Positions 56,115 to 64,000 of a stretch of DNA of 64,000 nt are shown piece by piece. Made by a program: the position numbers and the translations under genes. Under the pieces are notes generated by a model. The model did no database searches. It saw only the letters and a program-made list of their open reading frames with translations, and had not been told where the DNA came from. Source of the stretch: Candidatus Latescibacterota bacterium (GTDB taxonomy: Bacteria; Latescibacterota; UBA2968; GCA-2709665); the NCBI GenBank assembly GCA_965208835.1, contig OZ242358.1, positions 3,744,001 through 3,808,000 on the forward strand, read 5' to 3'. Each line of letters starts with the position of its first letter. Position 1 is the stretch's first letter.

Positions 56115-57311
56115 TTATGTCGATTGGCGATCGGGCAATGCTCCTGCGCTTCCCCGATCCGGGGCTCCCGGCAGTGCGGCCACGAGTGCGGCGGAAGGAA
56201 GTAAAATGAGGGAGACGCAAGCCAGGGCAAACGACATGGATGTACTGTCTGCGAGAAGTCCGATGCCCGGAAGCATAAGGCCCGAAATCCCCCATGCAAA
56301 ACCCATCACCAGTCCCGTGGCCGTGCTGGCGTGTTGCGGCAGGATGCGCTGCGCCAGCACAATATTGGTGGTGGCGCCGAGATCGAAGACGAATCCGGCG
56401 AAAAGAAAACACAACAGAGAGACGGGCCCCGAGGTAAAGCAAAAGACAATATAGAAAACGGTCGAGAATGCGCACGACCAACCCAGAAGCCTGCGAGGCG
56501 GGACACGGTCGCCGAGATATCCGCCTGCCAGACGGCCCAGCGTGGCCGCGATCAGGTACGCGGACAATACCCAGCCAATTTTGGAGATATCCCACATCCG
56601 TTCGTGTCCGAGAATGGATATGAAGCTCACGCAGGCCGCGTGTACCAGAGATCGAAATACGGCGATTGCATACAGGATCCAGAGGGGACGCATGGCCGAC
56701 GTCCGAAGAAACGCGAAGTTGATGCGGACCGGCGCTTTCGTACTCTCGGCCGGCATGTCGGTCCTGGCCATTTGAAAAAGGACCGTTGCGGCCACAAGAC
56801 AGGGAAAGATAACGATCCATAGAGACTCCATCCCGTAGCGCGAAATGACCTGTGTCCCCGTTACCGGTGCAATGGCCATGCCTAAAGGGCCGCCGGTCAG
56901 GAAGACCGCCATGGCAAAGTTGGACCGTCCGGGCATTGACGTCGTCACCAGGCCGCCGGCCGTCGGATGGAAAAGGGACGAACCGAGAGATGCCAGGATC
57001 AGAAAGCCGGCGAGCACCGCTGCCGTTGGCAGCATGCCGATAAAGGAAACGCATAGGCCGCACGCAAGAACGCCGAGCGCTGCCAGACGCACGCGATTGG
57101 AACGATCGCCGATGTAGCCCATAAACGGTTGCGGGATATTGCCAAAGAGGGAGACGACCATCGGCAGGAGAGAAGCTTCCACCAGCGTAAGCCCGAACCT
57201 GTTCTTGAAAAGGGCCAGCAGCGGTGGAAACAGGGTCATGTAGAAGTCGACGGTGGTATGCGCATAGGTGATCAGGCAGACCCGCGGCATAGGACGTCGC
57301 GTTAAACGCAT
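56115..57311 (-). CDS. MFS transporter (Fsr-like)
   Basis: HTTVDFY, QPFMGYIGDR, SLFHP, GGYLGDR; about 12 TM. Confidence 0.88.
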   Translation of the reverse strand: MRLTRRPMPRVCLITYAHTTVDFYMTLFPPLLALFKNRFGLTLVEASLLPMVVSLFGNIPQPFMGYIGDRSNRVRLAALGVLACGLCVSFIGMLPTAAVLAGFLILASLGSSLFHPTAGGLVTTSMPGRSNFAMAVFLTGGPLGMAIAPVTGTQVISRYGMESLWIVIFPCLVAATVLFQMARTDMPAESTKAPVRINFAFLRTSAMRPLWILYAIAVFRSLVHAACVSFISILGHERMWDISKIGWVLSAYLIAATLGRLAGGYLGDRVPPRRLLGWSCAFSTVFYIVFCFTSGPVSLLCFLFAGFVFDLGATTNIVLAQRILPQHASTATGLVMGFAWGISGLMLPGIGLLADSTSMSFALACVSLILLPSAALVAALPGAPDRGSAGALPDRQST

Positions 57312-57389
57312 CTGAGTTCCCTGGTGTTGGTCGTGCGGTGAAATCGAGCGGGATCCGTCGAATGGAAGAAACGTGAGTCGGCGGGAGGT

Positions 57390-57752
57390 TTACGCGAGGC
57401 CCGCGCGTTCGATAACGACCTCTCCAATCTTGTCATGGATTCCCAGGGGTCCGGTGACCCGGAATGTGACGCCTGGAAAACGAGCCGCGGCGCGTTCAAC
57501 CATGGCAGGAATGTCGTGAGTGGCGTGACGGCCGGGCGAGAGCATGTACGGGTGAACGATCACTTCGGTTGCGCCGTCGCGAACACAGGCCTCAACACCT
57601 TCTGCCAGGGTGGGTCGGGCGAGTTCCATATGGGCGATGTGCACGAGAAGCCCCACACGTTTCCGCCTCACGATTGCCGCAACCTCTTCCAGCATAACAT
57701 TGGCTTCGTCCCGGGTAGAGCCGTGATCGACAATGAGAAGAGCTTTAGACAT
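57390..57752 (-). CDS. cbiX: Short sirohydrochlorin chelatase (CbiX/SirB N-terminal domain)
   Basis: VDHGS, HMELARP, PYMLSPGRH, PLG. Confidence 0.85.
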   Translation of the reverse strand: MSKALLIVDHGSTRDEANVMLEEVAAIVRRKRVGLLVHIAHMELARPTLAEGVEACVRDGATEVIVHPYMLSPGRHATHDIPAMVERAAARFPGVTFRVTGPLGIHDKIGEVVIERAGLA

Positions 57753-57848
57753 AATAGATCAACGCTCGGAAATATCGGAAGTTTTCGCCGCGGTGTCGGC
57801 CTGCTGCATTTTTCGAATTGAGGCCAAATACAGGCTCTTGATTCTGGT

Positions 57849-60812
57849 TCATTTTTCCCAGCGATCGAATCCGGTATGGAGAACCTTAAACGAGTCACCT
57901 GGCTCAAAGTCGTACCGGAATCCCTTTGAGTAATCCAGGTCGTCCACCATACCGCGGATGAAATTATCATCGCCGACTCGGATGAATGTCTTGTTGCTCT
58001 TGCGCTCGACGCTTCGGATCCGATAGCAGGCATCGCGTTCATTTTCGTTCCGGATGGAGATGTAAGCACCTGAAAGGGGGCCGTTGGGTGGAGGTTCGTC
58101 TGTGTGGATGACCCCGGGCTCGTGGTTGGAGACGATGCCGGTCCAGGCGGCTTCCGCCATCCGGATGCCGTGTGTCTCGGTACCTAGGTTCGTCCCGCCA
58201 ACGAGCGCGGCCCATTGCGGGCCGTTTTTCGATTCCGCAAAGATTCCGAAGCTGCCGTTGAAGCGAATGCGCCCGTCTATGTCGATGGAGCTGTACCCGT
58301 CGCCGAAAATGACTGTGTGGATATTATCGTCCTGCAAGCGGACTCGTAGAGCACGGAGAGCGGGTCCGCCAGGGAGGTCGACCTCTTCAATCTTCACAAT
58401 ATTCCGGTTTCTTTTGAAAGCCTCGATGATGCTCAAATAGCCGGAGTCGAGGGGCTGTTCACCCTCATGGGCGACAATTCCGTAGGTCAGACGCCGGGGA
58501 TTGCCGGGTTTGTTGCGAGGTGGATCGCCGTGACAGAGTGCAATCTCGCCAGGGGGGTTTATCAAGTTCCATCGCAGGTGAATGTCGGTCGCCGCGCCGG
58601 GCCTGGATGATGCGGGGAGCACCTGCCACGTATCCGTAATAGTCCAGTCGACGGAGACCGTTCCGGCCGCTGCCGCACAACGCTTTACGTCGTAAAGGTA
58701 CTGGAAGCCGCTGCCACTGTAGTTACGTACTTCTCCATCGTAAAATTCTCCGAATCTGACGTCTTCACCCGCGTAGGTGCCTCTATCCTGCGGCGTGAAC
58801 TCAAGCCCCTCAGTCCTGACGATCCCTTCGGCTGCGTGGAAGAGAAAGTGGTGTGAAGAACCGCCGGAGACCTGGAAAAGGTCTGCTACATAGAAATCCG
58901 CATCGGAGATGCGCACTAACGCGCTGGTACGGCGGTAGACCGAGCACTGTGGGTAGACGTCAGTCGATGAAACGGAAACCACCTGAGCTTCCTCGGTCGT
59001 CGCACAGAAGTCGACCTTTCCGGAATAGCCGCCTTTCTGTTTGCTTCGATCAACAAGGACCGTGTTGTGGGAGACGGTATGGCTGGTCCAGCCCGAGCGT
59101 TTTGGCCATACCCGCGCGTGTTCGGGATAGCCGAGATCCGGCATCAGGTCCAATCCGAAGCCGTAGAGGCCCAGATTCAATCGATCCGCATGCCCATGGC
59201 CGGTGTTGCGGCCGTAGTAGAGCCACAGGGTGCGTTCGGTGTCATCCGCGCCGTCTCTGAGAAGTGTCAGACCATACCCCGTCATCACGTCAGAAACGAG
59301 GCGGAAGGGTCCGTGTTGCGCTACGGTCTCTGTCACGCGACGCCGAATGGCTTCCGGATCCTCGTTGAAGATGCTTCCGTGAATCCGTGTCAGATCTCCA
59401 CCAACGAGGTGGTGTGCAACCCTGGCGAAAATGGGATCGCCAAACAGCTCCAGGCCCTCCAGACATTGCTCGGCGGTGAGACCGCAAAGGTTGGGTTTAC
59501 CCGTTTGGCCCGTGTCACCAATATTTGGGATGTATCTGCCCAGACAGATCATGCGGATGTGACCCAGGAACATCTGCTTGTACCGCAAATATCCCCGTAC
59601 ATTGTGGCGGGTGTATGAGCGCCGGCATCTAAGTACACGGTCCAGATCGTTCATACCCTGGGATTTGTGGAGCCAGCCCAGGCTGTAGGATGGCGCGGCT
59701 TCGGAACCGATACCGTCCCGGTCGATTTCTCCCGCGAAGAGTTTGGGGATGTGTCCGCCGCTCGGCTTTTCTCCGCGCAGTTTGCCCGCCTTGAAGATCC
59801 AATCCAGCCACTGGTCGGTATCTTCCGCATCCAGAGCGACGGAGAGGACAGCCATCGTGACCTGATCGCCGGGTTCGTTTCTGGCGACGTCGCCCGCGAG
59901 GATGGCGGCAATGCCCTCGCGTATGATGCGATCTTCAATATGGCGGCATAGTTCCTCCACGTTGTTCTGTGAACACAGACCGTGGACGATCTGTTTGCGT
60001 GCGAGGAATGTGAAGAGTGGGTCGCCATCTCGCCACGCGGATCGGACGGCATCATAACATTCCGTAAAGGCGATGAGCAGGCCCGGTTCCCAGATTCGGC
60101 CGTAGATACGACCCCGGCCGCTCAATCCGTCCGAGTTGAAGAATCCGAGTCCAGCCCAATAGGACCAGTGCATATCGGGATAGACGTCGGCGATTCTGGC
60201 AAGCAGAATTCCGGCTTTGCGGGCATACACGGGGCTGCCCGTGAGCAGGTACGCCCGCTTCAACCCCTGGCAGGCGGCCCGTATTTCGTTCCAGATGCCA
60301 TGGTGTCCATAGACACCAATGAGTTTGAATGATTCTCCGGTATCGTCGGTCCAGCCAGTACCGTCGTCCACGCACCAGGCGAAAAGGGGGTCGTTCTTGT
60401 CTGGATGTTGTGTATTGAAGAGCAGGCTGCGGTCGGCTTTGTGAGGATGAAAGAGTCCGTCGAGACCGATGCCGCTCATGTAAAAAGCGGCAAAGTCGTT
60501 GCCGGGGAACCTGCCGCTGCAGTTGGGGCAGATGATTTTCCAGGGGTCGCGAAGAACGTCCACTTTGAAAGCGCCCCCATAACGATTGATGCCGTCGCCG
60601 CATTGAGGACACCCTTTGGTGACGCTTGCGTTGGTGCTGCGACCGGTGGTTTGCCCGGTAACGAGGGACCACAGGGTGTCATCGTCCAGATCAAGCCAGC
60701 GCCGGGCATGATCGACGGCAGCGTCCCGCTCGGCGGCAGCCCAGTACATTCGTTCGATGTTACGGCGCGCGTTGGCGATCCCTTCAGAGGCGATGAAATG
60801 TTCACCGGGCAT
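57849..60812 (-). CDS. Heparinase II/III-like polysaccharide lyase family protein
   Basis: GHGHADRLNL, PDLGYP, TVSHNTVLVD; N-terminal CPQC...CPNC; no signal peptide seen. Confidence 0.8.
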   Translation of the reverse strand: MPGEHFIASEGIANARRNIERMYWAAAERDAAVDHARRWLDLDDDTLWSLVTGQTTGRSTNASVTKGCPQCGDGINRYGGAFKVDVLRDPWKIICPNCSGRFPGNDFAAFYMSGIGLDGLFHPHKADRSLLFNTQHPDKNDPLFAWCVDDGTGWTDDTGESFKLIGVYGHHGIWNEIRAACQGLKRAYLLTGSPVYARKAGILLARIADVYPDMHWSYWAGLGFFNSDGLSGRGRIYGRIWEPGLLIAFTECYDAVRSAWRDGDPLFTFLARKQIVHGLCSQNNVEELCRHIEDRIIREGIAAILAGDVARNEPGDQVTMAVLSVALDAEDTDQWLDWIFKAGKLRGEKPSGGHIPKLFAGEIDRDGIGSEAAPSYSLGWLHKSQGMNDLDRVLRCRRSYTRHNVRGYLRYKQMFLGHIRMICLGRYIPNIGDTGQTGKPNLCGLTAEQCLEGLELFGDPIFARVAHHLVGGDLTRIHGSIFNEDPEAIRRRVTETVAQHGPFRLVSDVMTGYGLTLLRDGADDTERTLWLYYGRNTGHGHADRLNLGLYGFGLDLMPDLGYPEHARVWPKRSGWTSHTVSHNTVLVDRSKQKGGYSGKVDFCATTEEAQVVSVSSTDVYPQCSVYRRTSALVRISDADFYVADLFQVSGGSSHHFLFHAAEGIVRTEGLEFTPQDRGTYAGEDVRFGEFYDGEVRNYSGSGFQYLYDVKRCAAAAGTVSVDWTITDTWQVLPASSRPGAATDIHLRWNLINPPGEIALCHGDPPRNKPGNPRRLTYGIVAHEGEQPLDSGYLSIIEAFKRNRNIVKIEEVDLPGGPALRALRVRLQDDNIHTVIFGDGYSSIDIDGRIRFNGSFGIFAESKNGPQWAALVGGTNLGTETHGIRMAEAAWTGIVSNHEPGVIHTDEPPPNGPLSGAYISIRNENERDACYRIRSVERKSNKTFIRVGDDNFIRGMVDDLDYSKGFRYDFEPGDSFKVLHTGFDRWEK

Positions 60813-60950
60813 AGGGGGGCAACCTAAATGACGGCGGCTTGAGGGTGTTGCTTGAGATAGCGCTCAACGGCTTCAAGGCGGTGGACGTCCCGATCCCGGC
60901 CGGAGAGAAGGGGGACAACGGGCCACGTTTCGGTCCGGCTGATTCGAGCA

Positions 60951-62486
60951 TCAGGCCAGATCCTTGAGGATTTCCTGCGCGGCATTGTGGCCTGGAATGC
61001 CGCTCACTTCGCCCCCTGGATGCTGTCCGGCACCGCAAAGGTACAGACCTCTGTGCGGGGCTCGATATTGCGAGAGTTCCGGAAGGGGCCGGTTCCAGAA
61101 GAGATGTTCGCCGGCGTGTTGCACGTGCCAGATGCAGCCGTCCGTAAGGCCGTTCTCGCGCTCGATGTCCCGCGGCGTCCGGAAGACGCAGTTTTGGATG
61201 GAGGCCCTGAAATTGGGAGCAAATTCCGTGATCTGGTCGATGATGCCTTCGGCGATCTCGTCCCGGACGTCGTCCCACGCGCCCTGCCGGAGCCGCGCGG
61301 GCGCCGGGTAAATCCACACGGAGGCGGTGTGATAGCCGGGCCGGGTGAGGGTGGGATCCGCGAATGAAGGCATCGAAAAGCTGACGACGGGTCTGCGCAC
61401 CGGCAGGCCGGCTTCCAGTTCATCCCATGCCGCTTCGATCTCAGGCCTCGATGCGTTGAGCGTGATCGCACCCCGGTAGGGCTGTTCAGGATCTCCGTCC
61501 CAGAACTTCCATTGCGGCGCTTCGCTGATAACGGCGAGCAGCTTATAACAGCTCACGTGGGTGATCAGACCCTCGAGCCGCCTGCGCAGCCTGCCGTTGA
61601 CCGACTCGGCCGGCATGAGACTGAGGAATGTACGCTTGGGGTCAAGGTTGGAGACCGTGATCCGGCTGCGGACTTCCTCTCCATTTGCCAGGCGCACACC
61701 GATAACGGCGTTTTTCTCCACAAGGAATCCGTCGACGCCCGCGTCGAGATGGATGGCCGCGCCGGCTTCCCGCGCCGCGTCGGCGATCGCATCGCTGACG
61801 GCGCCCATTCCGCCCTCGACGTAGCCATAAGGATGGGCTTCGCCGGTTTCGGTGTCGGGGCGGTTGATGGAACTGTAGGCAAAGTGAAGTCCCAGGGGAT
61901 TCCGGCCGACGGAGGCGCCTTCCGAGGCGTGGAGATCCCTCAGGTGATCCGTGGACAGGAATTCATCCTGAAGTTCCAGGATACGGGTGGAGATGGCTCT
62001 TTCGAGCACACCGGCCGACGGCGTGCCGGCTATCGCGGAACGGACATCCTCCAGGGGTGGGGGGGCCTGAAACCTGTAAGGGGTGACGATGTCCGAGAGC
62101 GTCCGCTTGAATTCACCGTACCGTCGGGAGTCGGCGCGTTCGCTGCTTGTGAGGCGGCTCCGGTGGGTTCGATTCCTGGGAGAGTCGTGATCCGACGGCC
62201 CGTCGTAGGTGCCGTCCGGGCGGAGGCGGATGTACCCTTCGCGCGGCAGCATTTTCATCCCGCGATCATAGAGATTGAGATCCCGTATTACTCTGGGGGG
62301 CAGTCCGTGGATCATGTGGGCGCAGGTTGAGAAGTGAAATCCGGGCCACAGTTCTTCGGTGATCGAGGCGCCGCCGACAAAGGGACGGCGTTCATGCACG
62401 CTGACGTCGAGACCGGCTTTTGCCAGATAGGCAGCGGCAGTCAGGCCGTTGTGGCCGGCGCCGACGACGATGACATCCGTATCCAT
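60951..62486 (-). CDS. Phytoene-desaturase-like FAD-dependent oxidoreductase
   Basis: GAGHNGL, VGGA, GGMG, GLYLCGAGQHPGGEVSGIPGHNAA. Confidence 0.9.
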   Translation of the reverse strand: MDTDVIVVGAGHNGLTAAAYLAKAGLDVSVHERRPFVGGASITEELWPGFHFSTCAHMIHGLPPRVIRDLNLYDRGMKMLPREGYIRLRPDGTYDGPSDHDSPRNRTHRSRLTSSERADSRRYGEFKRTLSDIVTPYRFQAPPPLEDVRSAIAGTPSAGVLERAISTRILELQDEFLSTDHLRDLHASEGASVGRNPLGLHFAYSSINRPDTETGEAHPYGYVEGGMGAVSDAIADAAREAGAAIHLDAGVDGFLVEKNAVIGVRLANGEEVRSRITVSNLDPKRTFLSLMPAESVNGRLRRRLEGLITHVSCYKLLAVISEAPQWKFWDGDPEQPYRGAITLNASRPEIEAAWDELEAGLPVRRPVVSFSMPSFADPTLTRPGYHTASVWIYPAPARLRQGAWDDVRDEIAEGIIDQITEFAPNFRASIQNCVFRTPRDIERENGLTDGCIWHVQHAGEHLFWNRPLPELSQYRAPHRGLYLCGAGQHPGGEVSGIPGHNAAQEILKDLA

Positions 62487-62574
62487 GAATGGTTTCCCTT
62501 CGATGGGAACCGACCCCGTGCGTTCGCAGCCAAACTGGGCGGTTCCATGGAAATATCTATGGCTGCGGTCTTAG

Positions 62575-62898
62575 CAGTCCGTTGACAAAGTCGCTCTGCA
62601 GGCGAGGCAGGGTGTCCCGTCCCGGAAATATGTCACCATTCATCCGCTGATTCATCCCGTCTTGCGGCGTTGCCTTCGCTCGGTGACCGTGAGCAGGTCA
62701 CCTTGCTCAGGCGTCTTGCCAGCCGGGCGACTCGGCGTCCGAATTTCGGCGATCTATTTCCGGGACAGAACACTTGCCATTGTGGCCGAAGACAAGGCGC
62801 GCAACCGAGTCCCATCCTGCGATTCGGCGAGGGCGCGCAACGCCGTATTTCGACCGCAAGGGCCGGCCGTAGCCCGGATGGGCTTTTTCAACGGGCTG
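62575..62898 (-). mobile_element. MITE family A interrupted by a nested family C copy (324 bp)
   Basis: Family A TIRs with perfect TTAG duplication; 164 extra bp inside. Confidence 0.9.
62613..62772 (+). mobile_element. MITE family C (160 bp), nested in family A
   Basis: TGTCCCGTCCCGGAAATA / TATTTCCGGGACAGAACA ends; homologous to 36499-36651. Confidence 0.82.
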
Positions 62899-62994
62899 TT
62901 AGGGCCTTGCCGGGCATCGGTCACCGCGATTTCCGGTCCGCTGCCCGCAAGTTGAACAACTTCGCAAATATGGGATTCAGCCCCATTGATTGCA

Positions 62995-64000
62995 TTATGC
63001 GTTATGTGCGACATCCCTGGATGCTTCGACGTATGCATTCAGGTGCGCTAAAGCCCGACCGCTGATGATCGTGTCCTTCACGCGTTCGACAGCCGCGGAC
63101 GAATCGACATCGAATCCGAGCAGATTGTCCTTGATCGCCGTGTTCAGCACGATCTGGTCATAGATCCAGCCCCTCCGTCCGGAAAGGGCTGAGCTGCCCG
63201 CTTTTGCAAAGGCGTCTGCACATACGGTTTCGGGTCGGGGCTGACTGTCGTACCCGAATCCGGCGGTCTTCGGGTCGATGTCGCGATCGTATCTTTCAAT
63301 TCGTCCGTCGCGTGTCCGGAAGCCTCTTACATTGTTAATGGCTTTCCGTTCACCTTCGGAGGGTTTGCCGAGCCGCAGCCCGAAGGAACTGCCGCCTTCC
63401 ATTCCCTTAACGACAAGGGCCGAGTTGAGACCACGATCCGCAGCAAGTCGCAGAAACATGTCTTCGTATCCCGGATGGTAGTATCCGATGACCATGTGGT
63501 TCTCTCCTGGGCAGGTAAAGAGCCGCTGGGCTTTCTCCGTTGCCGCCCATGGCGGTCGTTTGCCGATATGCGCACGGAGTTCTCTGGCAGCGCAGGCGGC
63601 CGGCGAGAAAATCCGCTGGCTCACGTATGCGAAACCCACGTGCGGATTTTCAATGAGCTCTCCCGCCTGTTCCAGCGTGAGATCGACGTTCGCCCCAAGC
63701 GCCTTGAGGATCTGTTCGTCGGTGACCCCCCATTTCGGCGGCATCCCGTCTACCCCGTGAAGAACCGTCGGGCGTCCGAGCGCGGCCCTGACAGCCGCTA
63801 CGAAAAGGGTCGGGCGGAAGTATCTGTTCGATCCGTCGTACGGTTCACCGAAATGCGTGAGCGAGCCAACGTTCAGTTCCACGACGCTGGACGGGTCAAA
63901 CGCGGCGTCCAGGTATCCGCGCGCTTCGTCGTACGTTTCGCGGTTCATCCGCTGGCCGATGAGCGCCGCGCCCTTGAGCGCAGCCCGCACGCGACCCTCG
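62995..64000 (-). CDS. Anthranilate phosphoribosyltransferase-like protein (glycosyltransferase family 3), 5' end beyond window
   Basis: GEPYDG..R, LHG...PPKWGVT, LRAHIGKRPP.AT.EK, HPGY, VKGMEG. Confidence 0.75.
   Translation of the reverse strand, partial: EGRVRAALKGAALIGQRMNRETYDEARGYLDAAFDPSSVVELNVGSLTHFGEPYDGSNRYFRPTLFVAAVRAALGRPTVLHGVDGMPPKWGVTDEQILKALGANVDLTLEQAGELIENPHVGFAYVSQRIFSPAACAARELRAHIGKRPPWAATEKAQRLFTCPGENHMVIGYYHPGYEDMFLRLAADRGLNSALVVKGMEGGSSFGLRLGKPSEGERKAINNVRGFRTRDGRIERYDRDIDPKTAGFGYDSQPRPETVCADAFAKAGSSALSGRRGWIYDQIVLNTAIKDNLLGFDVDSSAAVERVKDTIISGRALAHLNAYVEASRDVAHNA

Overview
GC-rich bacterial chromosome segment with no rRNA, tRNA, CRISPR array, prophage or transposase seen. 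Gene content (two PorV/PorQ-family barrels, a T9SS-CTD-like protein, a GWxTD protein, an EF-hand/dockerin-tailed S8 protease) suggests an FCB-group candidate lineage such as Latescibacterota; this is inference only. Housekeeping blocks (rpiA, sucD, era, yicC-gmk-rpoZ-coaBC-UDG-dnaB) alternate with envelope and transport loci. The most distinctive features are five. (1) Three families of non-autonomous MITE-like repeats give 16 copies plus remnants, with 4-bp target duplications, insertion onto stop codons, and nesting or stacking. (2) A SusD-less TonB receptor / T9SS-cargo / PorV cassette has a terminator-containing leader. (3) A giant degenerate-M28/FtsX protein pairs with an OPT-like protein behind a promoter, a structured RNA candidate and a terminator. 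(4) One gene shows an abrupt G-rich to C-rich codon switch. (5) kptA is tightly coupled to a diadenylate cyclase. Product calls come from motif recognition only; no searches were run.
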